A stretch of DNA of 63,253 bases, the filler included, from Octopus bimaculoides (Eukaryota), in NCBI RefSeq assembly GCF_001194135.2. It is 5 parts of 4 records of this genome, joined end to end, with 100 filler letters (N's around TTAATTAATTAA, not from the genome) between each part and the next. Parts side by side here need not be neighbours in the genome. Positions count along the whole stretch, not along the records: positions 1 to 18,388 come from NC_068985.1; positions 18,489 to 29,088 come from NC_068993.1; 3 more parts are not named here. One strand, written 5' to 3'. The position numbers and the translations under genes are program-made. The notes under the pieces were generated by a model. The model ran no database searches and had not been told where the DNA came from. It saw only the letters and a program-made list of their open reading frames with translations. This document shows, one piece after another, positions 13,841 through 27,799 of this stretch (position 1 is its first letter; every line of letters begins with the position of its first letter).

Positions 13841-14263
13841 GTGCTGGAGTGGATGTGTGATAGGAAACTTGCTTCCTAGTCACATAGTTCCAGATTCAGT
13901 CCCACTGCGTGGCACCTTGGGAGAGATTCTTCTACTATAGTATCAGGCCGACCAAAGCCTTGTAGACGGAAACTGAAAAAAGCCAGTCGTACACACACAC
14001 ACGCACACACACACACATGTATGTATGTGTGTGCGTATGTGTGAGTGAGTCTATGTTTTTGTGTATGTGTTTGCCCCCATTCACCACTTTACAACCGGTG
14101 TTGGTGTGTTTACGTCCTTGTAATTTACTGGGTCGACAAAAAGAGCTTGATAGAATAATGCCAGGCTTTAAAAATATACTGGGGTCGATTCAGTTGACGA
14201 AAATACCTCAAGGCGTGGACCAACATGGCCACAGACTCATGATTGACACAAGGAAAAAAATAA
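13841..14263 (+). mobile_element. SINE family 1 copy
   Basis: Pol III-like head (tggatgtgtg...ttcagtccc), 'caccttggg', internal CA/TG repeat, 3' 'catggccacag'. Confidence 0.85.
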
Positions 14264-17200
14264 AGCAGGGCGTGCGGAAGCAGGATATATTTGTATGAAT
14301 TTCCTGGCTTGTATAAAGAGAGGCAGAAAAAACACTAGCCATAGTTTTGTGTAGTTTGGACCCAGCTAACCCTTGACAGGCACACTTACGACCATCTCGT
14401 CCTTTGCATATCTAGGACTATGTTATTAAATGTCACTTTATTCTTTTAGACGATAGCTTCAGATTTAAGAGGGGATTGGCTAATGTTTCGAACTGGTTCT
14501 TTTGCAGTATGAAGCAGTGTACCATGATGACAGGTTATCAACAGAAACCTGACCTGGTTCGAATGCTTGCATTATAATTTACTCCTTCAGCTATATGCAC
14601 CTAAAGCCCTGTTAGTGGTAAACGTGGAGTAAAAAAAAAACCCAAATAATTTTTCCTATACCTTTAATAAGGAGACAAATAAATGAACGTGACTACAAGA
14701 CTGCGGGAAAGGAAAAAAGGTATCTTTAAAATTATGCCCTGTTTTCAATAGATTTCAAGAGGGTGACCTCCTTTTCCAAATCACCCACTCACATAGACAA
14801 TGGCGAAATTTTAAATTATAACTCAAAGAATCAGAAGAAATACCGAAAGTTATTCAGCCGGCAGTTCCACCAGTCCATCTGACACTTATTTAATCTGACT
14901 GACACTTAATCAGCGTCGAAGTGATGAGACAAATTTGACCTTGTAGGATTTTAACTAAATGTGCAGAATCGAACAAATACAACTCAACATTCTGTCCGAT
15001 CCTCTAACGACTCTGCCAGCTTACTGTTTAACCTCTCTCTCTTTATCTTTCTCTCTCTCTTTCTCTTTCTCTCTCTCTTTCTCTTTCTCTCTCTCTTTCT
15101 CTTTCTCTCCCTCTCTCCATCTACCATTATTATTTGTCTTACTCCACTCCTCTTCCTATAACAATGTCAGATTTGGCCGCTTTAATTATGTCACTTTGTT
15201 TTTTTTTTTCTGATGAATAAGTGACATATTAATCTCTGCTTCATCCGATGACACATCATTACCCAGAACATCCCCTTTGATCCGTATCTCTCTTTGGAGT
15301 TAAGGAGTTAGTAATATCTATTACAAACTTAACAATAAATTGAGATTTTCGGTACTATGAATCTCAGTCGTGGAAAATTTACTAACACGATAGAAAATAT
15401 AACTTGTGTATAATCTGAGGTGGAACCATCAACCTCTTCTTTATTCCATGGTATGTTTTATAGTAGCTAAGTAAAGTAGTAGAGTAAAAGTAGTAGCCGT
15501 GACACAGCAATAAATAACGAAAAGAACAAAAATTGTATAAGAGGAAAAAGAAAAATGAATGTAATATCACTCATGTCAAAATTTTGTGAAAGACATTTAT
15601 ATTCGGTAGTAATAATATCGTTTTATATTGTGAAACTGATGTATTTGGCCAAGAACTCGGGATGATAAAATAAATCAAGCTGACATCAAACAACAAGATA
15701 TTAACTTTAATTTTAATACATTTGTCACGTTCCATACCTCTTTGCTTTCTTTTTCATCTAGCCTTGAAAACATAAATATGTCGAAAATCTATGTTCAGAA
15801 ATGGGCAAATAGCGTTTTTGCTTGTTGAACAGTTTCATAGTTGTTCATCTCAAAAGTTATATTTAGTATTTCCCCATAGTGAAACTCACTTCCAAGCAAC
15901 AAACGATAGCGTATTCAGGCCCACAAGTATAAATTGCTAATTTACAATAAATATTATCATACAGAATAAATAAAACCAGCAACAACAACAAAACAGAAAA
16001 TAAAATATCTGAAATATAAGTGAGGGCGGCATCCTATTAATCATTTTAAATCAAATTTACTGATCTCTCTCTCTCTCTGTCTCTCTCACTGTGTTTTTTT
16101 TTTGTTTTTCTTTTGCTTCCTGTAATAGAAACACTTCTTATCGAAGATATTTCAGCGAAATCTACCCCCTGTAGATTCTACAACATTTTCGATAGAATAG
16201 AATTCAATTGGATGGAATGAATAAAGTAGAATTCCTTTATTATCATTTGCTGTAAGGTAGCATATACATGCGGATTTCTATGAGTAATGCCAAAACGTTA
16301 AATAAAGAATATATCACGCACAACAGAAAGATGATAATCGACAGGATAAAGTAACATAATATTGATACCTGCAGATAAATAATGCGATATTCAACTTGTG
16401 CAAATGTCAGGTTTAGGTATCTTCTGATAAGAGGTAATATAACTGTTAGTCTAGTGAAGCTTGAAAGCGCATGTATAGGTTTCCTAGAATGCAGGGCTGT
16501 TAGGGAGAATGCTGAAATGTCAGTAACCAATGTTTTTAAAAGAAAATAAATAATACACAGCAAAAATGCATGTATACCAGTATAAATGTATACAAAATAT
16601 TAAAGGGTATAAGCATATAGGTGTACAAACAAATAAGTACACAAACACAAGTATATGAATATGCTTGTATGCAAACAAATGTATATACAAACATACAAGC
16701 GAACAAACATTCGTGCTTGAGAACACATCCGCGCAAAGAATCATGCCTGCTAGTATGCATATGTATATATACGCATGCGTATAAGTATACATTTATGAAA
16801 GGATATGTGTACTAACTCATATGTATTCAAACATATATGTATACAAACGTATATGTATTCAAACATATCAAATATGTATAGTCCTATTCCAAAGTGACAA
16901 TCATTACAGACATCACACAAGAAAACTTATAGGGTGATAATTACACTAGCCATCAATATAGGGTGTGTAGATTACCAGTATCGGCCAGCTGAAAATGCAC
17001 TGATAGTCACAAGTTAATGCAATAGTAGCGGGACCCATGGATATTTCGCGGAATTAGAAATAACACCTATTGGCTTATTTCTAAAATCATTATCCCCCCC
17101 CCCCACAAAAAACAACCTGAAAGCTAGCCTGTATTGCGTTTGTATGGAAACATAGTCGCTCATCTTCTACTCATTGAAAAGTGAAATAAATTGGAATGCT

Positions 17201-17325
17201 ATGTTTATTTAATGCACTTTATATAGACACATTATATATTTTACGCACAATTTTATAGACTTAACAGCACTCATAAAATAAATATTCACTCTTAGTTTTC
17301 CATTTTCACGATTAGCAAAAAATAT

Positions 17326-17393
17326 CCCGTACATATGATACAACCTTTAGTTATATCTGCCCGTACATATGATACAACCTTTAGTTATATCTG
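17326..17393. repeat. Perfect 34-bp tandem duplication
   Basis: cccgtacatatgatacaacctttagttatatctg x2. Confidence 0.95.
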
Positions 17394-20182
17394 CCACGTA
17401 AATAAGAATATTTCACGGAGTTGCACTTATGCGCATGCGTTAACGAATAGCTGATATAAAAAGAAACGTAGTTCAATTAAAAGAGAAAATACACTTTTCA
17501 CTATCCGCTTACCAATAACTCCACCACCACCACCACCACCACCACCACCACCAGTACCACCAATTTCATCATCATCATCATCAGCAGCATTGTGGTATCC
17601 GAATATCATGAGGAAAAATGCCACGGCCTCAAGTGTCTTTGTATACAGTCCTTGAAGATGCATGCGTTTTCTTCCTAAAGACATTTAGTAGTATGAAAGA
17701 GAGTCAGTGCAGTCCGATTCCATTCTTTAGACTCGGAAGTGTGACTACATTGTCCCGGCAGTCTAGGACGGCTGCGGTGATCAGCAAGTGCAAGGCTTTA
17801 CATTGGAATAACCTTCCCCTAAGAAAATTGCCTTGGAGGGCTGAAAAATAATTCTATCTGCCCTGAAGTTGCCGTAACGGTGTCAAAGAGGGCACCAGAT
17901 CGCCTTATAGATTCTACCTCGTCATTTACGGTAGAGGCTGATATCCTAACCTTTTCCCTTTCCCGTAGAACTAGTACTTTCTAGCAGCCCACAATCTACA
18001 AACAATTTCTTCCTCCTTTCCTTGTTACACAACTCATTTACCGACTTACTTACACCACGCTTCATTATCATTCACATAGCAACAAGAATACTAGACCCTC
18101 AAATAAAACTTGCTAAAGAATATATAAAAGCAAGTAAAACAGTTTGATGAACACCAGTGAATCGAAACTTTGAATTCACAGCCAATCTTTCATTGCTAAG
18201 GAATAAGTTCACTGCTAGAAAGTATTGAGGGATCCCTTATTTTAATGCTAAATCGCTCTTATGTATAACATGATATAAGAAGCATAACTTTGTTTGTCTG
18301 TGTGTGTGTGTGTATTACAAAATAGATAGATATGTGTGAGATATGTGTGAGAATGTGTATATATATGCGTATATATATATATATATATNNNNNNNNNNNN
18401 NNNNNNNNNNNNNNNNNNNNNNNNNNNNNNNNTTAATTAATTAANNNNNNNNNNNNNNNNNNNNNNNNNNNNNNNNNNNNNNNNNNNNTATACATATATA
18501 TAATCAAAAGAAGCAACAGGGATTTTAAAGGTTATTGCAGTACGCACGTTACTTGCTACTCCATTTATTTAAGTAATGCGAGCATTACATCAAATGCAAA
18601 ATGCAGAACAATCCTCAGCTGCACAAGGATATAGAAAATTTACTAATATTTCATTTCAGCAGAATGGACATATTTACTGTTGTGACAACATTTAAAATGG
18701 GAAGGAAGAATCAATAAAAACCATCATGACAGAGCCAACGCTAGCACTTAGATTCTCTTATATATTCACATGTTCAAAATTATAAACGTTACAGGTGGTT
18801 ACACCAATCTAACTGATACTATAGGAAAATATATCCAAATACTTCAATATATTCTATGTACAAAGTATTTAACATTCCTCTGACTGAACAACATTCAAAA
18901 TGGATTCAACAAGGCTATGGTCCATCTCATTTTGGTGTCAGTGAAAGAAAATATTTAGATGATATCCAGATGAGTAGCCGTCTTGATGTGTCCTAAACTA
19001 GATTTCTATCTTCTTGGGCCTCTAGATTTTCTCACTAAATCATTTATCTGTAATCGAACGTTACTGATTCAATATTCAAGTATTATAGAATCGCAGATGG
19101 ATTTATTGTACGTCTTTAGATGTTTATGGGAAAAAGATGACACAGAATAAGAAGCAGCATCTCATTTTTCGATTTAAATTCTGTCAAGTACTCAAACCAG
19201 TGTGGAAGATCTTATGTGGTCGCAAGAAATAACAGTTGATTTTCTCACTAAGAACATTTTGCTACGTTCAAGACAAAATAGGTTGTACAGTGTAACCGTT
19301 GATATGTTTTACCATATATAAGGTAAGATGTTTGCGGTTGGAATGCTTCTTATCCTAGGTCATACGTGCTTGTTCGGGACTGACTGGTGGTAAATAACAA
19401 GAAAGACTGCTCCCTTTATAGTTATCCACTATCGTGCATGATTCTTATTTTCATATCACAATGTATCTCTTGTTTCTTTTCTTACAAATACACGCGGAAA
19501 GAACAATAAATGAACGACAAAATATGTTAATGTTCATTGAATATACATAATATGGGATAGACAACGACAGGTTTGAAGCTAATTATCATCTATGCTGAAC
19601 TTGATGTCCGTAATAAACTACTTCTTCTTGCTTCTCTTCCATGAATATATATCTTATTGAAGAATGCGTTTTTGAAAGATTCACAGAATATTTCTTGTTT
19701 CACTTCTACAGTATTCGATTCAAAGTGAATATATTAGTAAATAATCTATGATTACTAAATCGTATTACTTTTTATTGTCTTTTGTGCTGCATTTTAAAAG
19801 TAACCAAAGTGTCGTAAAAATGGCAAAAATATCTTTGGCACAGAAAAACAATAACATTGGGTTTTTCCATTTTCATGTTAGCCCTTTTATTGGAAAAGTT
19901 ATTCTTGGTAATTATTCGTGGTGGAAATTGGTTGTTGTTGTTGGTGGTGGTGGTGGTGGTGGTGGTGATGGAGGTAGTGGTGGTGGTGCTACTGCTGATG
20001 CTGGNNNNNNNNNNNNNNNNNNNNNNNNNNNNNNNNNNNNNNNNNNNNNNNNNNNNNNNNNNNNNNNNNNNNNNNNNNNNNNNNNNNNNNTGGTGATGGC
20101 AGTGGCTTTGGTATTGTTGATGCTGTTGCTGCTGTTGTTGTTGATGGGGGGTTGTGATGGTGGTGGTCGTGGTGAAGGTTGT

Positions 20183-20244
<62 letters not shown>

Positions 20245-20677
20245 AACGAAAAAGGAAAAGAAAAAGATGATAATGATGATGATGGCGTCATTGATGATGA
20301 CAATATCAATGACGATAAAGATGATGCGGAAGACGAAATAGAAAGGAAGTGGAGGAAAAGTTGAATAAATGAGGACGAAAGTGCGGTTAAAGGGGATTGA
20401 CCATGATAATAATTGGGATGGGATTCTAGTATAACCATAGTGGGGTGTTAGAGAGTATCCTCTCTTAATGTCTGGTATGTCAGATATTTGATAAATGACC
20501 GAAACTACTTAATACATTATAAACATACATAAAGTCACACACATGCATATATATATATATACGTATACATGCATGCACACATATATACAAGCGTATATAC
20601 GTACATACATGCGTACATGCGTACATGCATACATACATACATACATGCATGCATATATACATACATACATACATACA

Positions 20678-20709
<32 letters not shown>

Positions 20710-20716
20710 AATATAC

Positions 20717-21264
20717 ATGATGATAGCTGTCCACTTGTGACCGTGGACAGCTTACGAACCATTAAGAGCATTCTGCACTCAGACAAATTTCTACTTGACA
20801 TTTGTGGCTCTGCTGGTAACTAATGAGCCCAGTCCTTAGTAAAGATACTCATCCACAGATATTACAGACCAATCGTACCCCGTTCACTAGACTGGCGTTA
20901 CGTTTTCAAGCAGTTCGCTTACATTCTGCCTATTTTTCCGGAAACAACCGCTCTGTCCTTTACTTTTTTCCTCCTTGAGGGCGATGACAAGCATTGTTTT
21001 CCAGGTAATCTCTCATATTTCACATGCTTTCAACGAGGACTTTATGCAACCCCCATGTCGTTGTCTATGTTTCTTCTGGGGGCCCATTCCAAAAGATCAC
21101 CATATAACATCTGCCTACGGATTTCCATAGCATTCATCAACTTGTGTGCAATCACATCAATGCTCAGGACGTCGGTTTATCTCAAGAAATCTGCGTCTAG
21201 AGTTCGTAAGGGCCAATCAACATTCAGAATGTGTCTCAAACATCCCTGATGGAAGCGTTCAAGG
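20717..21264 (-). mobile_element. RTE-clade LINE, decayed 3' end
   Basis: LERFHQGCLRHILNVDW, RQMLYGDL, KSSLKACEI..ITWKT, CNICG*VSLLRTGLISYQQSH. The 3' UTR has a 10-bp hairpin (agctgtccac/gtggacagct) and a short (TCA)n tail. Confidence 0.88.
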
Positions 21265-21599
21265 ACACCTATATACATACATACACGCATACATACATAC
21301 ATTCAATTAGACAGTCGTACACACAAACATGCGTACATACATATATGCATATATGTATATATATATTTATATATATATATATATATATNNNNNNNNNNNN
21401 NNNNNNNNNNNNNNNNNNNNNNNNNNNNNNNNNNNNNNNNNNNNNNNNNNNNNNNNNNNNNNNNNNNNNNNNNNNNNNNNNNNNNNNNNNNNNNNNNNNN
21501 NNNNNNNNNNNNNNNNNNNNNNNNNNNNNNNNNNNTATATATATATATATATATATATATTCAACTTACGATGAAAGTAAACAAAGTTTGTTTTAGAAG

Positions 21600-21850
21600 C
21601 GTTGAGATGTATTGAAAGTTACAGAAATATTTTTTTTATATTCAAACGTGTGATAATGCTAATAAAATAGCGTGATCAGGATAAATTATCAATACATTGC
21701 ATACGTTACCAGCCAGCCAAGAGACTCGAACTCACATCCCTGTGATTACCCATTAAGTGCTTTACCATTAAGCTAAATTGCCCAGTAACGAATTCTTCTG
21801 CAATGTCGAATTGTAATCACTCAGACAACACCTGTTGAAGAGTAAGGAAA
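21600..21850 (-). repeat. Dispersed repeat containing a tRNA-Thr-like cassette (copy 1)
   Basis: Homologous to 39085-39290. Minus strand 21782-21712 has an A box (TAGCTTAATGGTAAAGC), a GGT anticodon-like loop and a B box (GTTCGAGTC). Confidence 0.65.
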
Positions 21851-23161
21851 AAAATGAGTACATTCCATTCATGCACAAAAGTGAGAACAACATATTCAGT
21901 GTTGGAGAAAAATACTACGCAGGTACTTTGAGAATACTACTGTCTCATGCAACCCAAAGGTGGCTGGACTGAACTACCTAAGCAGATTCTTGGAGGAGGA
22001 GCAGGCGTCCTAGCCAGCGAAAAGCAAAGCGAGGGTACATATCCCGTAAGGAAGAGGATAACAGCTGCATTGCCAGGAAGTGTAGTCTCTCTTTGACCAG
22101 AAATAGACACATTGCATCCTATCGAGAAGGACATGCCTTTGCCATCCAGGAAAGAACGGGAGATAGCTACTAACTATCTGATAAACAAGACTGACAAAAT
22201 ATTACCACACCTCTACGTTGTAATAAAAAAATACCAGCTCTACCATATTAGCGTAGAAAATATCACCCATATCATCAAAAGCTAACCCTAAAATGCCAGA
22301 GAGATCCTGAGGCGTGATATAGTTGCAAAGCTACCTACAACACTATCCGCAGGAAGCATTTCTCTGATGTATACATCAAAGCCATTTCAGAACCAGCAGC
22401 AACGTTGACACCTGAACTCAAAAAGAAAGGTCACGCAATAAGTACCGCAAGCTATTTGTCAGACCTTATATATTAATCAAATTGCTGATAGAACAATGAA
22501 TCCCTAAAAGAGATGAAGTGACCAACAACCTTTACACCTACCCACATCCTTTTGTAAATATTAAAGCTTAAGATAAAGAAATGTTTATTCTAAAAAGACC
22601 CCGACATACTCCACAAATAAATTCCACCTTCCCAACACAAACAGGGATACAACATCTAAATAACATCAACAACATGTAAGGAAACATACTGAACAATTAA
22701 AACCTACGACCTACATACATTCTTTGCATTACATTGTATTACAAAAAGCTGACACACCGAATTACAAGGTTTTAAATGGCAGACTATACTTTGAATTTTG
22801 ACATTTACATTCTCAAAGAAAAAGATTGAATATAATGCAACCAGAAATAGCTAAAACTAGTGACACATCTGCTGACCAAAACATTCCTTCTATCTATCTG
22901 TATTGTTTTCTTAACTCCTAAAATATAATCCCACAACATAAATCTGACGCAACTAAATATACGCACCTATTTACAAATTTCTTTATAAAAGAATAATTCT
23001 GAAAAATATTAGAGCCCCAAGCATAATCAATGAAAAATTCTCCTTAAAAACCTACCCTACAACTTAATTAGCACTCAAGATTAATTCTAATAAATCATAA
23101 TACAATTAAGGCTTAGATGACCGAAAAATTGAAGTCACTATAAATGCAATACGTGTTAAAG

Positions 23162-23201
<40 letters not shown>

Positions 23202-23928
23202 TTTTATTTGTTTCAGTCNNNNNNNNNNNNNNNNNNNNNNNNNNNNNNNNNNNNNNNNNNNNNNNNNNNNNNNNNNNNNNNNNNNNNNNNNNNNNNNNNN
23301 NNNNNNNNNNNNNNNNNNNNNNNNNNNNNNNNNNNNNNNNNNNNNNNNNNNNNNNNNNNNNNNNNNNNNNNNNNNNNNNNNNNNNNNNNNNNNNNNNNNN
23401 NNNNNNNNNNNNNNNNNNNNNNNNNNNNNNNNNNNNNNNNNNNNNNNNNNNNNNNNNNNNNNNNNNNNNNNNNNNNNNNNNNNNNNNNNNNNNNNNNNNN
23501 NNNNNNNNNNNNNNNNNNNNNNNNNNNNNNNNNNNNNNNNNNNNNNNNNNNNNNNNNNNNNNNNNNNNNNNNNNNNNNNNNNNNNNNNNNNNNNNNNNNN
23601 NNNNNNNNNNNNNNNNNNNNNNNNNNNNNNNNNNNNNNNNNNNNNNNNNNNNNNNNNNNNNNNNNNNNNNNNNNNNNNNNNNNNNNNNNNNNNNNNNNNN
23701 NNNNNNNNNNNNNNNNNNNNNNNNNNNNNNNNNNNNNNNNNNNNNNNNNNNNNNNNNNNNNNNNNNNNNNNNNNNNNNNNNNNNNNNNNNNNNNNNNNNN
23801 NNNNNNNNNNNNNNNNNNNNNNNNNNNNNNNNNNNNNNNNNNNNNNNNNNNNNNNNNNNNNNNNNNNNNNNNNNNNNNNNNNNNNNNNNNNNNNNNNNNN
23901 NNNNNNNNNNNNNNNNNNNNNNNNNNNN

Positions 23929-24033
23929 ACTGGAGCCTGGTGTTGCCATCCGGTTTCACCAGTCCTCAGTCAAATCGTCCAACCCATGCTAGCATGGAAA
24001 GCGGACGTTAAACGATGATGATGATGATGATGA
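23929..24033 (+). mobile_element. 3' end of SINE family 2 with a (GAT)n tail
   Basis: Near-identical to 58295-58403; includes the ccatgctagcatgg palindrome. Confidence 0.85.
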
Positions 24034-24037
24034 TATA

Positions 24038-24068
<31 letters not shown>

Positions 24069-25190
24069 ATACATACATGAATACAAATATGTATATATAG
24101 AGATAAATAGATTAGTAGAGAGAGAGTGGGTGTGAGAGAGAGAGAGTGGGTGTGTGAGAGAGAGTGTGGGCGTGAGAGAGAGTGGGTGTGAGAGAGAGAG
24201 GGTAGAGAGATATTTGTATATATATATATATTTATTTATTTATCTATTTATTTATAGGATACATACATTTACATACTTATACATGTGTATATACTTGCAT
24301 GTACATATTTATGTATGTATGTATATATTTATGTATGTAAGCAAGTATGTCTGTATGTGAATACATATACATATTGTGCTATGCAATTCTTTATTTATGT
24401 GTACCTGCTTCATTCCTCATTTATCTCCATACCATAGATATAAAATACACACCCATCGATGGACAATTTGAAATGTTTCGACCATAAAACAGAGACATTC
24501 AGTCCCAACATAGTAAATTTTTTATTGGAAATGCTGTAGCTATGTTCATTTGAAAAGGTAAAATGAAAGCTCTATTTACATACGTACATACATACTATGT
24601 ATGTATGTATGTATGTATGTATGTATGCATGTATGTATACAAACACGCACGTACGCACACACACACTGCCCGCCTACACACACACATATACTCAGACACT
24701 CACACACACAACAAAATTTCGATTATATATGTAATTAATTTCGACATCTCATTCGTTGGATTGCGACATAACTCGAAACAATTGGCCAGACAGTCGTCAG
24801 ATAATTTTATGTTGAATCCAATAATTTTCCCTGATTTTCCATTCTTCTCTCTACAGAAAGTCGCTGCGTTCCGACGTAGACGTACCATACAGACACAAAA
24901 ACAACGTTACATGCATCCGCATACACTGCCACACACACGCATGTGTGTGTATGCGTGTGTGTGTGTGTGTGTGTGTGCTTGCTTTCTTATTACGCAATCA
25001 TTTGTTAAATATTTCAATAATTTCTCATTTATCCACATAATATATATCTGTATTAAATATATGTAAATCGATCATGCTTTTTCAATGGCGCTTTTTGTTA
25101 CTGCATCTGCTATTGCTTGTTCAGGCAACCTCATAAACTGAAAGCAAAAATCTTAAATAAAGTATAAAAAGTAGTATAGTGTGGTAAAGT

Positions 25191-25487
25191 GTGGCAGGAG
25201 TGTGTGTGTGTGGTAAGAAGCTTGCTTCCCAACCACATGGTTCCGGGTTCAGTCCCAATGCGTGGCACCTTGGGCAAGTGTCTTCTACTATAGATTCGGG
25301 CCGGCCAAAACCTTGTGAGTGAGTTTGGTAGGCGGAAACTGAAAGAAGCCCGTCGTCTATATATGGGTGGGTGTGGTGGTGTGCGCGCGTGCGCATCTGT
25401 GTGTGTGTATTTGTGTGTCTGTTTGTCCCCTACCATCGCTTGACAACCGATGTTCGTGTTTTTACGTCCCCGTAACTTAGCCGTTAT
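25191..25487 (+). mobile_element. SINE family 1 copy, cut by a gap
   Basis: ggttccgggttcagtccc, ccttgggcaagtgtcttctactatag. Confidence 0.9.
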
Positions 25488-25636
25488 NNNNNNNNNNNNN
25501 NNNNNNNNNNNNNNAATTCTGTGTAGAAGACATGCAGAATGTGTCTTTTGATTTCATTTGTATGAATTAAGTAAAAAACTGTATTTGAAGATAAAATGAT
25601 ACAAATAATTTTGAGAATCGAAATCTTTTATCATAC

Positions 25637-26440
25637 CTATTCAATGAATCCACTGTTAGCATCAATGGAAGCTTCAATACTGGGTCAGAAGCGTTAACAT
25701 GCCCGAATCAGATGATCTTTATCAATTTTAGACATAGTCGTGATTAGGGTAGATTTGGGAGATTGTATGCTGTTTTGGGGGTTTTATTTGACCTCACACG
25801 GCTGCTTCATATACGTAAAAGAGGATTGAGGTCTGGCGACCTTTGTGCCTTGAAGAACAGGGTCATGAGATTGGTTTGCATCCACACTTCGGTTGTGCTA
25901 CTCTTATGAGACGGTGCAGTCTTGTTGGAAGGCGTACGCTTTTCTATTCTGTATTCTGTCTACCCAGGATCTCACAACGTTCCCCATTACCTCTGTGAAG
26001 ACAACGGTATTGACTCTTAATCCCTGTCAAAAAAGTGAGGGGGCATAACATCTCCCTCGTTGCTGGGAATTCAGTATGCATGACCACTGGAACCTCATTC
26101 GCGTCTCTGAATAACCATGTGTCGTTTCCTCAGTTTACTTTCCGGTCCTGCTCGAAGTTTTTCTCATCGGAGAAAAAAACCAAAGCGTTCCAGCCTCTTA
26201 GTGTTTTAATTTGTTCAGTAAGCGCCTTACACGAATCGAACAATTTTATATTGTCCCATCTGCGTAAATTGACAGCTCCATATCACATACGACTTGTAAC
26301 GGATGTCCTCACGCGCAACTGTTCTGATAGTGCATTCTGAAACCTTGAGGTCCTTTACACTGGCTCTGATTGACTTTCCGGGACTTTATGGATTATTTCT
26401 TAGACTTAATTTACAGAGTTATGTGTTCTGATTGTTTTAG
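25637..26440 (-). pseudogene. Tc1/mariner DD37D (maT/Bmmar1-like) transposase pseudogene
   Basis: GKSIRA..KDLKVSECTIR..REDIRYKSY, LLNKLKH, LWFFSDEKNFEQD, VPVVMHTEFPA, GLRVN, FQQD(S)APSHK, SPDLNPL, DANSGFIE*; several frameshifts and stops. Confidence 0.88.
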
Positions 26441-26502
26441 AACCCTATGCATGCTTTTGCGTTTAGATAGTTAGTTGGTTAGTTAGAAAGATAGATAGAT
26501 AA

Positions 26503-26562
<60 letters not shown>

Positions 26563-26586
26563 TGAGAGAGAGAGAGGGAGATATAT

Positions 26587-26617
<31 letters not shown>

Positions 26618-26660
26618 GGCAGACAGGCATGCAGACAGACTGGCAAACAGACAGATAGAT

Positions 26661-27000
26661 ATCTTTCTTTATTAGCCACACAAGGCCGAACACAGAGGTG
26701 ACAGAATACAATGTAGAGCTTTTCTTTCCGAAAGAAAAAAAAAAGAGGAAAATAGAAAAAAAAGAGGAAAGAATTCCGATCAAAAGGGATCATGTAAAAA
26801 AAGAAAAAATAGCAAGTATGTACATCTGGATCAAGTGTTTGGTACAACCTCTGAGTTGGTGCCCAGAGCCCATTGGAGAGAATCGATATTGTTGGTTAGG
26901 AAGGCACGACCAAGTACTTAAGCAAGACACAGAAGTAAGCACCACCAGGCACGAAAGAAATCAATTACATTTCAAGAAACTACATTCATACCGAAAATAA
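26661..27000 (-). mobile_element. Retroelement 3' end (aataaagaaa terminus) running into (ATCT)n/(GTCT)n; possibly L1/Tx1-type
   Basis: The terminal ~60 bp recur at 61697-61754 and 61957-62038. No coding motif recognised, so the class is inferred. Confidence 0.5.
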
Positions 27001-27799
27001 GAAAGCTTTTTTCTTTCTTTCTCTATATGTCATTGCACCGGTCGCTGCACATTCTACAACAGAATATTAACATCACTCCGGCTACATATGATTATCACCT
27101 TCGAGGTGACTACCCAACACCTTACAAGTTACAGAATCTATCGTAGAAGCTAAAGAGAGCAAAGTAGGTAAATAACAGGAAGTACTGGCTAAATTCCTAA
27201 ACAGATGTTTAGAGACACACGGAGCCCATAGGCTACAGATGTTTTTAAACATTTTGCCAAAACCGAACTGATTGAGGTTTATAAGAACGTCCGAGAAAAG
27301 AATTATTTAACATATGAATGATTCTGCAAAGAAAACCATTTGGCATCTATGGATCAAGAGAGCTTTTCTGTGGGTGGTTATAGCTGCTGGAGCGTTAGAC
27401 AAGGTATGATCAACTCCAGGTATGATCAACTCCAGGTAAGATGATACATGGGCGAAAGCGTCACATCGTCAAATACACGAAGTAAAAATATCACCCATTT
27501 CACCTTATTAATATCTCGACTAATCGTGCGTGTGAATTTGTGTGGAAGGGTGGCAATAATTAGCGGAAGAAACAATAAAGAGACGGGAAAACCAATTTCC
27601 TCAAACTTTTTCTTTTCCGAAATAATATTGGACACTGGAAACCATGGAATCACTCATTGGGAAAGCATTGGGAAAGATGGATGACAAACAAAAACGAACT
27701 TTTACAACTTAAAATTATAAAGGACAGGGACATGACACACATCATCATCAACAACATCTTTATAGCCCGATCTTTATATTCCATGGTGGAAAAGGAGAA

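Noticed and set aside
17600-17950. 77-aa ORF in a GC-richer block
   Set aside because: No domain recognised; RTE-like words appear in the wrong order.
18433-18444. TTAATTAATTAA islands inside N runs (also 29133-29144, 54906-54917, 62083-62094)
   Set aside because: Each is centred in a 100-bp block (44 N + 12 + 44 N) and gives stops in all six frames. It is a scaffolding linker, not biology.
21712-21782. Functional tRNA-Thr gene
   Set aside because: Broken acceptor and anticodon stems in this copy and a damaged D- and T-arm in the other. Treated as a repeat-borne tRNA-like relic.
23144-24011. Long ORFs made of X (also at 38, 39-40, 42, 46.5 and 50 kb)
   Set aside because: They are read through assembly gaps.
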